Source of the DNA: Lingula anatina
Taxonomy: Eukaryota > Animalia > Brachiopoda
NCBI GenBank assembly: GCA_051362555.1
Contig: CM120643.1
Location: 1,612,001-1,676,000 of the forward strand
Direction: 5' to 3'
Length of the DNA: 64,000 bases
Made by a program: the position numbers and the translations under genes. The notes under the pieces were generated by a model that saw nothing but the letters and a program-made list of their open reading frames with translations, was not told the DNA's origin and did no database searches. Shown here piece by piece: positions 38,016-50,805 of this stretch (positions are counted from its first letter, which is position 1; each line of letters starts with the position of its first letter).

Positions 38016-38287
38016 CGCCAATCCCGGCTTGTGAATGCCATGCACATGGTGATGTCCGCTATGTTACGTGTGATGGGAGAGCCTTCAGATTTAACACTCC
38101 GCCCGGAGATGTTGGTATAATGGCAAAGTCTATAGGTGGCTGGCTTTGGTATATAATAACGGAACAAGAATTCTTTGATGACGGTCCGAAGACTCGTCTG
38201 ACAAAGGTGAAATACCAGATTTTTTCTCACTACGTGATCATTGAGTACAAAGACACTCCAGATCCAAATGGGCTGTACACAATAACT
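38016..38287 (+). CDS. Copy 2 exon 2 (VWD N-half)
   Basis: tttcAG acceptor; ACT|GTAAGT donor; 272 bp, phases 1/0; CECHAHGDVRYVTCDG. Confidence 0.9.
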
Positions 38288-38425
38288 GTAAGTATTCTCT
38301 TCCTCTACTCTCTCCATCCTCTGCCCTCTCTCTCTCTATCTCTCTCTCAGACCACTTAGTATACTACTTCCAATAGGTAATAACTTGCCTGCGTCCTGTG
38401 AACTATTTAGCTACAAAACATTGTG

Positions 38426-38470
<45 letters not shown>

Positions 38471-38717
38471 TTGATAATAGACGGTTTCCACTGCATTCTT
38501 CTTATTATTATCCAGACAACGGAGGAGGTGGTATTTGTAACTGTTAGTGGGTTTGTTTGATGTTTGTTATTTCGAAATCTTCGACTCAGTTATTTGTCTT
38601 GGAAGAGGCTGCGCTCTCTCCATCCTTTACCTCTGACGAGAAGGTTATATTTTTGTTACAATTGTTACTTCGGAATGCCCCCTATAAGGGATTATCGAAG
38701 TATGTTGATAAGCGTTC

Positions 38718-38735
38718 ATGTGTGTGTGTGTGTGT

Positions 38736-38769
<34 letters not shown>
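38718..38769. repeat. (TG)n microsatellite
   Basis: Direct reading. Confidence 0.95.
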
Positions 38770-39734
38770 TGGTTTTCAAGTTTTGAATGTCTATGTGCAT
38801 TTTCTTGCTCACAGTACTAAATGTATCATTCTGATTGTTTTGTGGATTACTGGTAAATGAACTTGACCACAAATTTTGGGGATGATACGTATAATCCAAA
38901 GGCCCACTTATACCAGAAAACACTGCATAAAATGCAGCGAAATTCCAAGTCCCATTACTATCTTGTCATGCATGTGTCAGGAGACGAGTGGATGTTAAAA
39001 GTTTGACTCCCGGAATGATAACAAATTTGTCTTTTTTCCCTTTCCTTTTTTAATTATTAAGAACAAAATCTTATCTTCATTCTTTTTCTATGAATTGATT
39101 TATAATTGATCAAGAATAATGATGGCCATAACATTGTTTTCAAATAAGTACATGTGGAGACAAACGTCATTGCTGCATGATTTAAAGGTCCGTGTATGGG
39201 GAGAGGGGGCAAAGCCAATAGTGACAACTGTATACCCAGTTTACATCTCAAATGCATACATTTTTGGTAGAATTTTGCTACTGATGTTAAGGGATTCCGA
39301 AGTCTGCGCTCAGTTGAGTTGGGTCATCTGGTTTGTTTGTTTGTTTGATTGTTTGACTGTGAAGCCCAAAGAAAGTAATAAACAAATTTTGATGAAATGT
39401 TCAGGATAGATCACAAGTGGCACAAGGACGAAATTATTAGAATTTTGTGATGATCATTCGATGAATAATAATAAATGAATTAACTAACTATGTACAGATT
39501 TTCATGAAATTTACAGGATATGTAAGAAATTAACCAATTTCATAAATTTTTAGGAGAGGTCAGAAATGGATAAAGAAAGAAATGAGAAGATTTGGATCCA
39601 TTAATTAATACTAAGTTATTTGTTGTAAAACAGGTTGTGCAATCTGAGTTCTTTTCTAGTTATATATTTCATGCTTATTATTATCATTATTATTATGGAA
39701 AGATAACACTATCGGGATTTTATCATCATTGCAG

Positions 39735-40103
39735 GTGGAAAATGATATTATACCTGGTCCGCCGCTGTTTGTTGATGCTGTAAGCCTTGGTCCTGCTGGG
39801 GAGACTGGTGTTTTGTTCGTGGGGGGCGGTTTTCATATCTCGGTAATTGATGTAGGTGGCGATTTGTACATTGAGGTTAGTTGCACGCTCCTGCCACCCG
39901 TCCTGTTCGACATTAGGATACGTGTGGCACGACATTGTCTCCAGATTCACATCCCTCCGATCTGGCAATCCTGGATGGAAGGGATATGTGGAGATTGGAA
40001 TGGATTTCCAGCAAACGATGTTGTCGCTCTTGCCGGCTTTCCACAGGTTTTACCCGCGCCGGTAATGGGATTCCCTTTCCAACAAACGACGACGATGCCG
40101 TAA
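39735..40103 (+). CDS. Copy 2 exon 3 (VWD C-half); the stop used by copies 3/4 is absent, and the frame runs into the conserved downstream donor at 40100
   Basis: ttgcAG acceptor; EGICGDWNGFPAND; the TAA at 40101-40103 overlaps a GTAAGT donor, so the exact C-terminus is uncertain. Confidence 0.85.
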   Translation: MENDIIPGPPLFVDAVSLGPAGETGVLFVGGGFHISVIDVGGDLYIEVSCTLLPPVLFDIRIRVARHCLQIHIPPIWQSWMEGICGDWNGFPANDVVALAGFPQVLPAPVMGFPFQQTTTMP

Positions 40104-40199
40104 GTAGATTGTATTTTATCTGGAATATGTGTAAATAAAACACACAAGATTGCTGAAGTTAATATCTCTCTATCTCTATCACACACTCACACACAAACA

Positions 40200-40238
<39 letters not shown>

Positions 40239-43107
40239 CACCCGACGCCGATGACGTTAGTGGATTGTATTTTACCTTGAATATATATATCTTATACATG
40301 TATCCACGAGATTGCTGAAGTAACTTTCTCTCTCTCTCTCTCTCTCTCTCTCGCTGCATCTCCCAGGAAACGTTTTTACTAAAAACGTATTTCGCACCCA
40401 ACTCATCAGATTTAAAAACATTAATTTTGTGTCCTGATTTTTCAGGATTTTGTTATTCCTCACATAAATAATTTGTCTCTACCGAAATCATGACAGAAGC
40501 CGACAAAACTATAACCTTTGTCTCATTTCTCTTTAAACCAGGATATAACTCTACGATCCATGGCGTTATGACCAAAGAGCGACTACCACCAACTCTGTAC
40601 AAACAGTGTCTTCTTTCTCCAGTCACTAATTTTCATGTGGAACACGGGAAGCGCTGGACGCCGTTTTATGTTCCACAGCCGTTGACTTAGGTTACTACGG
40701 ACCATGTCACAAATTGCTCAAAGCCTTTTCCAAGGGAATCTTTCTATCTTTTGACTTACCGAATTGAGAACAGTTGATAATTTGATTTTCTCACTTATAT
40801 TTCTTTGGTGAACGTCCATTTGAGAGTCGAAAATTCACAAAGGAACGGAATCATGGACAATGGAGCTGAAATTTGTGGGGGTGCAAGCTACTCTTTCGGT
40901 TCTAAGATAACTATTTTTTGTTTTTGATTTTAACATTGATCGAGGTTTTTAATGCCTTGAAATGCAAATTCTTGCATGTGTTTTTTTTTTTTTTTTTTTT
41001 TTTGTAAAAAGGTTGAATTAAACAGGTGTATGACATTATTTCGAGGATGTAATCAAATTTGGAGAAATCTCCAAACACAAGACTGACATTGACAGAGAAA
41101 AAACATTTGGCATTTAAAACAAAGGCAGTGTGTCACAAAAGAAGAACGTACTTCTAGTACTTTAAAAATATTCACAAGTTTCGATTGATGAGGCTCACCT
41201 GGTGAAGTACAGTGGAAACGTGATTTAAATTGGGTACGATATAGTGACAATAGCTTCAGGTGTTTTAACGTTTTAATTTTTAATTTATATTTCTCTTCAA
41301 TTCGTTTCGCCGTGCTTGTGGCTTAAAATCGTTATAAAATGGTATCATTGATATCAAATAACTGTAGTTTGTTTTAATTATGTTAAAAGAGGAAAATGGT
41401 AAAATCCACTGAAATTTTTATAATTTGTCTAAACTTTTTATATTTTAAAGACATCTTCGTTCAAAACAGCCCTACAACATCATGTAAAAACAAGTCCTTT
41501 CTCGTACTGGTTCTGTGACTATTTATTTTACACTCAGGCATCATTTTTAATGATAATAATAAATAATTTAAAAGGTTAAGACATTAAGTAAATAGCAATG
41601 TCTCAAAACGTTTCTTATAATATATGGAGCTTGTTTATGTGCCAAACACATGCCATTCCCTCCGCTAAAATCACCTTCTTCATTCCCTCTGCTAAAATCA
41701 CCTTCTTCATGAGCTTTATGTATTTTTTGTAATTTATCTGCGTCAATATTTTCCCATGCCTCCTGAATGCCTTTAACATGTTGTTCTTTTGTTCTGGGCG
41801 TGACGCGCGTTGTTGTCAAGTTGTCAACGGGAATCAAAAAGAAATACACGCTTAGATGACAGGCTTTGCAAATGTTCTGCACTGTCAATTTAAAATAAAT
41901 TTCTGTAGGCTGCAAATAACCCACTCCACGTCCTCCGTATATAAACCAGGCTGGGCTTTCAGTACCTCATGACATTGGGAGTACGGCCGCTATCTGTCAA
42001 CCCCCCCCCCCTTCGTTTGCCCTCCTTCTGCATGAATTATACTGGTACAGAAGAACAATGAACACACATATATCAGTTTATTCAAAACCAAATAAATATT
42101 CACTTAACTCTCCCTGAAAATTCATTGAAACAGTTGTGTTTAAGAAGTCTTGGCACGAGTTCTGGTATACGCGCGGCGGCGGTCAATGCGTTAGATATGC
42201 TACACTCGTGGTGGCGGTCATTGCGTATAATGAAACGAAGAAAATACAAACTGAGCATTCATTAACCCTTGATAAAATCGCAGTGCATCCTTACAGCAAC
42301 AATTAAATTATAATTTTCTTATCAACGATTATTTAGCAGTTATGGTGCCTGCTGGTTGGCTGTATGATTTGCACGGGTGGATTCTTTAAAATCTTTTTCC
42401 ACTTTGCCGTATCACTGCTGCTACTTCACCCTGGTCAAGAAGGGGCAGACATATGTAGAGAGACTGACAAAAGAACATAAATGCTCATTTTGAAATGCTA
42501 AGTTTAAAAAATCAATACTTCTGGAGTATTTGTGGGCCAATCATATTCTAAAATATCATGTTACTTTTAAATCACTTAAACGGTTTCAGAAATATAATTT
42601 AAAAGTTGATTTTCCGTAAATGCATTGAAGCATTTAAAGAATTTACTCCATGAAGACATTCACAAGTTCCAGAAATCTAATTTACGCGTACAACAAAATA
42701 GCACTGCTGTACATTATTGCAACAGTGCGAAGGTACATATCAATTTCTTACTCACCGCAAATAGGTGAGCCCGGTAACAGCTCATACGGCTTAATGCATC
42801 ACTCTATTGATTTTTTCCATTTCATCTATTCTGTATCTACAACGAAGAGTTCTTTGCGAAAACAGGAAATACTCAAGAGAAGTCTGCTAAATGACCAAGA
42901 GGGTAGTATGAGGCAGAGAGTTTGACGTGACCTGCATACACGTAGAATTGTTCTTCTGTATGATAAAAGACACGTACTGTGATTAATGAAGTGATTTTTT
43001 TTAACATCTTTATTCTCAAGAGGGTTAAATATTGATACAGTATAAATTAAGGTGGCAATTCGCCTAGGCATTATATGCTCACCTTTGAAATTTAATAATA
43101 ATAATAA

Positions 43108-43151
<44 letters not shown>

Positions 43152-43693
43152 TTCAAGAAAAAGACGGTGACGAGGACATGAGTGGCATTAGAGGGGAATG
43201 AGGGACAGGGCATGGGGGGGAAAGGTAATTATGAAGTGATGACAATGAAGAAATTCATGTGAGAACCAAGTGGGAGAAAACAGATGTAGGCTTATAGCGA
43301 CTATGCAGAAACAACTTAATATGGCCTCATTTTAACATTAAACAGATCTGGGATGATAGAAATGTCAGGTAAAGCCCAGTAAGATACAACAAGTTATGAA
43401 AGCCGATGATAACACTGACATTGTGGAACTTACATATGATGTTGAACAATATACTGAAAATTACCGTTTGTATGTTACTGATATAATATCGTCCACATAT
43501 ACATGTATCTATCATGTATAAGGTTTCGAGTAAAACAAGATATGGCAGTTTGTGTTGGATAAATATATATTGACTTATCGATGAGAGTGAGGATTACTGA
43601 TGACAATGTGCTGTGGATAGGAACGTTATAGATGAAGATGCTGGTGTCGATCAGGAGACGTTGACACGAGGCTGATGCATTTTTGCTACTCAG

Positions 43694-43810
43694 TGTAACA
43701 TTTTATTTGTCTTAAGCGACCACCTCTTATTTTACAATGTTGTAAGCGACTTGAATAATACACGTGTGTTCCAGCATGGCGGCTTACAGAGTTAGCACGT
43801 TTATGTTACA
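43694..43810 (+). repeat. 5' LTR (117 bp)
   Basis: Identical to 47809-47925. Confidence 0.97.
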
Positions 43811-43852
43811 TGGTGTCAGAAGTGGGATTCGAACCCACGCCCACATTCGTGG
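43811..43852 (+). other. Extended primer-binding site: 42 nt complementary to the 3' part of a tRNA-Leu
   Basis: Reverse complement CCACGAATGTGG-GC-GTGGG-TTCGAAT-CCCAC-TTCTGAC-ACCA gives variable arm, T arm, acceptor strand and CCA. Confidence 0.88.
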
Positions 43853-46800
43853 GGTGTACTATCCTCGAGTTCAAGAGAAACTGTTAGAAAAAGGGGAAAG
43901 ACTTACTCTAGCTCAAGCATTAGAAATAGGCAGACAGTATGAGTCATCCCAGCAACAAATGAAGATTCTAAGACCAGAAGTTGAAGTTTCCGCCATTAAT
44001 CACAAGTCACATAAGAGTAAGGAAAGCCATGCTAGTAGAAATCCCTCACAAGCCTCTAAGAGACAGGAACACGTACCTTGGAAGCAAAAGAACAAGAAAT
44101 GTGGTCAGTGTGGTTTAGATATTGCAACAGCCCATAGAAACAATACTTGCCCGGCAAAAGGAACCAAATGCAGATATTGTAAAAGACTAGACCATTGGTA
44201 TTCAGTATGCAGAAAACGAAAAGCCAAGGCAGTACACACTTTACAGGAAAGTGATAATGATGTTTACTATGATGATTCAGTGAGTGAAGATAGCAACAAT
44301 GATCCACTGTACATTCATACAACTGAAGTTGATGATGAAAATGTTGACTCTGTCAGTGCAGCTGAAGATAAATGGATAGTGACACTAGATGTCCAAGACA
44401 AGCCACTTAAATTTCGTATAGATACTGGAGCAAAATGTAACATTCTAGTGAAAGCTGATTATGAAAAACTTAGTCTTCACAAGAACTTGAACCAAACAAC
44501 TAAAGTTCTTCGCTCCTACTCTAATCACAAGATCCGCCCAATCGGAAAAGCACAGCTTTCAGTGGCATACAATACTACTCAGTTGCCAGTTGACTTTGAA
44601 GTAGTAGACATAGACCAGGAAAATGTCATTAACGGTGAAGTTTCAGAGAAACTTGGGCTCCTCCATAGAGTCAGAGTAAACAAGGTAAACAGTGTAGATG
44701 ATTTCACTGAACTTGCCAAGAACACAGGTACGCTACCAGGTAAGCATACCATAAAGATAGACCCAACAGCAAAGGGAGTTATACATCCAGCCAGGCGACA
44801 GCCAGCATCACTGAAGCCACGCATCCTAGAGAAATTACAGGAAATGGAATCAGATGGCTTCATTACCCGAGTCCATGAGCCAACTGAATGGGTCAGTTCA
44901 ATGGTTGTTTCATTAAGAAATGATAAAGAGAGAATCTGTATAGACCCATGTGATTTGAACAATGCAATCAAAAGAGAGCATCATCCACTGAAAACTATTG
45001 AAGAAGTTGTAGCTAGTATTCCAAAAGCCACAGTGTTTTCTGTGTTAGACGCCACACAGGGATTTTTGCAGATACAGCTTGATGAGCAGTCATCCTTTTT
45101 GACTACTTTCAACACTCCAATTGGCAGGTACAGATGGCTTCGCCTACCCTTTGGTATTAAATCGGCGCCAGAAATCTTTCAGAGAATCATGGATGAAATG
45201 CTTGAAGGCATAGAAGGTGCCACAGCTATAATGGATGACATATTGATAGCAGGCACAGATCGTGAGCATCATGATTCGATTTTCAAGAAGGTTATTCAGA
45301 GAGCTACTGAATACAACCTAAAGCTCAATTTTGACAAGTGTCAGGTGCGTCAGCCCAGAGTTCAGTATATGGGACATATCCTCACAGCAGAGGGCCTGAG
45401 CCCAGATCCAGAAAAAGTGCGCGCAATAACTGAGATGACACCACCCACAGATAAGGATGGAGTACGAAGAATACTTGGTCTTGTACAGTATCTAGCCAAG
45501 TTCATACCAAACCTGAGTCAGGTGGATGCCCCACTGAGAGCATTATTGAAGAATGATGTGTCATTCAAGTGGGAACATGAGCAACGAGCAAGTTTTGAGG
45601 AACTCAAACACTTGTGTAGCACACCGCCTGTATTAGCTTATGATGTGAACAAGCCCGTAGAGATTCAGTGTGATGCATCAAGAAGTGGACTAGGGGCAGT
45701 GCTAATACAAGATGGCCGACCTATAGCATACACATCACGTTCTCTTACTGATGTTGAAATGCGTTATGCTCAAATAGAGAAGGAAATGCTCGCCATTGTC
45801 CATGGAGCTATAAAATTCCACTGCTACATCTTCGGTAAGGAAACAACAGTGTACACAGACCACAAGCCATTAGAGAGCATTTTTAAGAAGCCATTACTGT
45901 CAGCTCCAATGAGATTGCAGAAGATGTTGCTACGTCTACAGTGGTACAATCTCAATGTTGTATACAGGAAAGGCAAAGATATGGTGGTAGCAGATACATT
46001 GTCGAGAGCATACTTACCAGACACCAGTTTTGACGTGACAGGACTAGATGATTTATGTTTAATTGATATGATCTCTGTGAGCACCGAGAGATACTCTGAT
46101 ATTAGAACAAGAACGCAAAGAGAGCTACAGCCTCTATACAACACAATTGTCCAAGGATGGCCAGATACGCGTAGAGAGACACCTTATGAAATTAGAAATT
46201 TCTGGGACTCCAGAGACCAATTGTCTGTGTTTGATGGTGTAATCTACAAAGGCCTCAGAATAGTTATTCCACCGTCATTACAAAAGTACATGCTTAGCTT
46301 GATACACGAGTCACATCTTGGAGTTGTGAAATGCAAACAGCGTGCAAGGGAAGTCATGTTTTGGCCTGGAATGAATATGGAAATTGAAAACATGGTGAGA
46401 GACTGCACAAAATGTTCTGAGTATCAAAACAGGTTACCCGCAGAACCGTTGAAACCGACCGTCCCTCCAGATCTACCCTATACTGAAGTTGGTTGTGACA
46501 TATTTGACTTTGGAGCAAAGAAGTACCTACTTCTCATTGATTACTATTCAAAGTACATTGATGTTGTAGAACTGAATGCCGCAACTACAACTGCTACAAT
46601 CAATGCTATGAAATATGTGTTTAGTTGTCATGGCATACCTCTTAAAATCAGATCAGACAATGGACCACAGTTTAGTTCATGTGAATTCAAACAATTTTGC
46701 AAAGTGTATGATATTGAACATATGACCTCCAGTCCTCAGTACCCAGGTTCAAATGGGGAAGCTGAGAGAGCTATTCAAATTGTGAAGAAAATGTGGAAAA

Positions 46801-47435
46801 AATGTGATGACAAGTATCTTGCTCTACTCAACTACAGAACTACACCTTTGGAAGGCATAAACTTGTCTCCTTCGCAGTTGTTAATGGGACGCAGACCTAG
46901 AAACACACTGCCTGCAGCTCGAAATCTGTTAAAACCACAGGCATATAACCAACGAGAGGTGAAACGTCATTTTAGCCAGGAGAAACTAAAGCAGAAATAT
47001 TATTATGATCAAAGGAAAGGTGCTAAAGAACTGAAAGCTTTCAGCCCTGGAGAACATGTGAGAATGCAGCCTCATCCAGGTTCAAAAACATGGGCACCAG
47101 CCATTGTTGTTAAACGTCATACACATCCAAGATCATACATAGTGGAAGGAAATGACCGTGTATACAGACGTAATCGTCAGCACTTAAGATCATCAACAGA
47201 AAAAGCACATCACTATAACCCTACTTTTGTTGACTTGGAGCCATGTGATGAGCCATTACATTCACCTATCAAGGATCAGCATATTGTACCTGAGGAGACA
47301 GTAACACCAACCCGAGATATTGTCAAGGATCAGTGTAAAACACCAACAAAAACAGTGACACCAGCAATTAATACCCCAAGGATTGTAACAAGATCTGGTC
47401 GTGTGGTGAAACCGCCAGACAGATTAAATTTATAA
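43853..47435 (+). CDS. Gag(C-terminal part)-pol polyprotein: Cys/His knuckles, aspartic protease, RT, RNase H, integrase; no authentic start
   Basis: CRYCKRLDHWYSVC, DTGA, LPFG, IMDD, CDAS, YAQIEKE, H-H-C-C zinc finger, SDNGPQF, NGEAER. Confidence 0.93.
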
Positions 47436-47808
47436 CTTGTTTTTTGTGAACGATTCAGTATTAATTTAATACTACATGTGGATTTTCATGTGGACTTGCT
47501 TTAAAGCAGTTTTAAGTTATAATGCAAAGACTCAGCCAAAGACTTTTCTTTAATTTTCTTTCATTTAAATGGACTGTTAAAGACATTCTCTGTGGAGCAT
47601 GAAATGACTTTAAGTTATAGTAAAAAAAAAATTATTTACAAAAGGACTAAGATTCAGAGACTCTGAATGCTCTTCTCACATTGAACATTGAAAGACTTTA
47701 AGTTAAAGTGAACACTCACAAAGAACTGTGAACACCAAAAACTGAATTTATTTTAATTTACATGCTTTTATTTACTTTATTAATCTTAGTTGATTATAAA
47801 GAGGGAGA

Positions 47809-47925
47809 TGTAACATTTTATTTGTCTTAAGCGACCACCTCTTATTTTACAATGTTGTAAGCGACTTGAATAATACACGTGTGTTCCAGCATGGCGGCTT
47901 ACAGAGTTAGCACGTTTATGTTACA
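47809..47925 (+). repeat. 3' LTR (117 bp)
   Basis: Identical to 43694-43810. Confidence 0.97.
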
Positions 47926-48116
47926 CTCAGCATTTCCAGGAAAAAGTAATATGAAGATCCCTAAAAAACAGAAAAAAACACTGCATTCGAACATGAAAAA
48001 CCCTGATGAATCTACGAGGTGAAAAAAACACAGCTTTCAAACCAACATATCAGCTTTACAAGCGACGTTCAACTAGAAGACCTGTTTCTCCAGTACAGGT
48101 AAATTTCTCCCTCATA

Positions 48117-48118
<2 letters not shown>

Positions 48119-48202
<84 letters not shown>
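48119..48202. repeat. (AT)n microsatellite
   Basis: Direct reading. Confidence 0.95.
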
Positions 48203-48205
<3 letters not shown>

Positions 48206-49859
48206 TTGATAAGAAACATGACACTAGCAGTTTGTATTTAAGATACTCTACCTTACAACAGTTGTCATTTACGTAATATAACAAATGAAAGATAATTTAC
48301 TTTTTTGTTAAACTATTGAAGTAGATTACCGCGAGGGAGGGTAAGGTATACCAAGCTTGATATATTCTGTATGAATGTAAATAGGTTCTTATTTTATGAT
48401 GAATGAACAAAGTTGTTATTTTAATTGTATTTGAAAATACACATGTACAAACGACAATGGAAGTTAGGACTTAGGATTGTACAAATCAAAAGGGGAAAGA
48501 AATATCAAATGCTTTTAAAAACGCTTCCGTGGTTTCAGAAAAGTGATTAAAATGAACATTAAACGTTGATTTTCCATAAATGCAGAGTTCCATTTGACAC
48601 GTAAGATACATTTAATCTCGAATTTGATAGAACGTAGAAAGATGATTAAATGATTTAGTGGTTGAGGGTTTTATGGCCAACGTTTACCACAAAATGAAGT
48701 TTTCTGATCCAATTTCTTCATTAAATATGCGACGTATTTCCTATTCCAATCATATTTTACCTCAGCTCCTAAACGCTAATTAACATCTTCAGATGACACA
48801 GAATATACTGCAACATATGGCAGTAAAAACACAGATTTTGCTACTAATGAATCATAACGGAGTGACGGGGGATGGGGAAAGATACGTACGCCAGGGCAAA
48901 TAAATTAGCAACGCGCGTCTTTGTATAGCTAACACAAAACCATGAATCAGCTTGAACAAATATAGAATTGGTCAGAAATCGCAACAAAAAGGCATGATTT
49001 ATAGTACAATAGAAGTTACATGTACATTTCTTCGAAGGAAGATGTCTAAGCATATAACTATAACTCGAACTGAACATATTAATGATAAGATGTCACGCAT
49101 GTGCAGTGTGGAATATACATGGGCGAAATAAGATTGAAAAATTAAGACTTACGTAATCTAACCACACAAAAATTTCTGCTTAAGACGACTGAAACCCACA
49201 TTAATTAAGCTAGAATGTCTTCAAAAATACTAAATATTTCAAACATTTGGTAAAATCACTGATTAAAAATCTAATTCAGGGTTCTTTGTGGTTTAATTAA
49301 GAAAGGCTTCTCGATTTTAGTGGATGGATCGAAGATGTTCTAAAGTCTCCTGAGGGGGGAGGGGGTTAACAACAAGACATCAATAATGAAGGATTGTTGA
49401 TGTTGATTGTTGATGTGAGTGGGCGGGGACAAAATATGAACACATTTGATGGTCCCCTCGTATGATTATATTTGTCTGATGTCTGGGATGACATTCAGTT
49501 TGCAGATTATAACTCACTGAGCAACAGACTTGTAATGTTGTGAGGCAATGAAACTGACTGACTGAGAAAGAAAAGACGTGAGAATTGGCTAACTCAAATA
49601 CATTAATTTATCATAAAATGAGTTTGACTAACATAAATCACTTTCGACCAGATCTTACTTTTCTGCTCCACACATTTTAACTTGATTTAGGCCCGTAGCT
49701 AGCAATTTCAGAAGGTTTTTTTTTTACTGAAACCATCGTGTACCTTGAAAACAATTTACGCAGAACGGACCTTTTCCCGGCAAAATGTGCGTTTTTTCGA
49801 ACCCCCAAACCCGCCCTGGCTTCGGGCCTGATATTATTTCACTGTCATCGCCGAAGATC

Positions 49860-50473
49860 CACCCTGAGCTTCAGAGCTGACTTGACACTAACCTTTTCAC
49901 TGTAGCCTATCTCCATCGTGTCAAGTAACCTCTGACGAAAATAGTTTGACCTATTTTATATAAGCCAATCGAATCCATGTTTCAAAATTTTTCACCAAAG
50001 TTTGGTGAAAACGCTGATTGGTTGATCGTCAATCGGCAATCCTCGGCTGATTCCGCAAGCTCCATACTAACAACATAGTTATTGTCGAGTGCGGAGACAT
50101 CCGAGTAGTTCCGAGTGGTTCCGAGTGCATAACCGTACACAAAGAAAGCATGGAGTATATCGGAATTGAAACCAGAGCAGTATGATGCCCTGCATCATTA
50201 TCTACTGAGGGATGATGTATTTTGCGTGCTGCCCACAGGTTACGGCAAGTCCCTGATATTCAGCCTTATCTTTGATTGGTCCGGATTTGAACAAAGCGCG
50301 CTTTGACTCGTTCGCGTTCATTGGCTAGATCGTTCAATGAGTCATTGAGTGCGGGCTTTAAATTTGATTGGCGGGCGGCGGGGGCACTCGAATCTGGTCA
50401 GAGGTTACTTGACACGATGGAGATAGGCTACAGTGAAAAGGTTAGTGTCAAGTCAGCTCTGAAGCTCAGGGTG
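49860..50473. mobile_element. Non-autonomous DNA transposon (Academ/AcademH-like) upstream of copy 3
   Basis: Perfect 77-bp TIRs (49860-49936 / 50397-50473); 8-bp TSD CGAAGATC; internal RecQ-like fragment LKPEQ...DVFCVLPTGYGKSLIF; empty site before copies 1 and 2. Confidence 0.88.
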
Positions 50474-50714
50474 CGAAGATCTCACCTGTACCAAAATGGC
50501 AAAGACCACCATAGCATGCTTTGAAATTCACTAAAAATTGAATAAGAGAGATATTAAATGGACCTTGCAGTTCTCGTTTCTCTCTTAGTTTCTTTATTTT
50601 TATTTGTAAAACCCACAACTCACCTGCATTTACCTACACACCTTGGTAGAACGCGCATGCTCACTCTCACTTTGCCAACGTGGAGAATTGCTACGTGCCC
50701 ACCTTTAAAAGTTG

Positions 50715-50720
50715 TATAAA
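50715..50720 (+). promoter_or_regulatory. Putative TATA box of copy 3
   Basis: TATAAA ~90 bp upstream of ATG, same context as copies 1 and 2. Confidence 0.6.
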
Positions 50721-50805
50721 TAAGAAGAACGAGACAAAGAGCGTCGCAGTTGGCATTTCTCCTTCTAGTCTGCTACACATTGGACAAGAAAAGATTCTCT
50801 TGAAG

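Larger units (their letters stand above)
43694..47925 (+). mobile_element. Ty3/Gypsy LTR retrotransposon (Mag-like), recent insertion, gag 5' end deleted
   Basis: Identical 117-bp LTRs (43694-43810, 47809-47925) TGTAACA...TGTTACA; 5-bp TSD CTCAG; tRNA-Leu PBS; PPT AAAGAGGGAGA before the 3' LTR. Confidence 0.97.

Noticed and set aside
43811-43852. tRNA-Leu gene on the minus strand
   Set aside because: Only the 3' part is present, with encoded CCA, abutting an LTR; it is a primer-derived copy, not a tRNA gene
43764-43852. N-terminus of the 1223-aa ORF as authentic Gag
   Set aside because: It is translated LTR and tRNA-derived sequence
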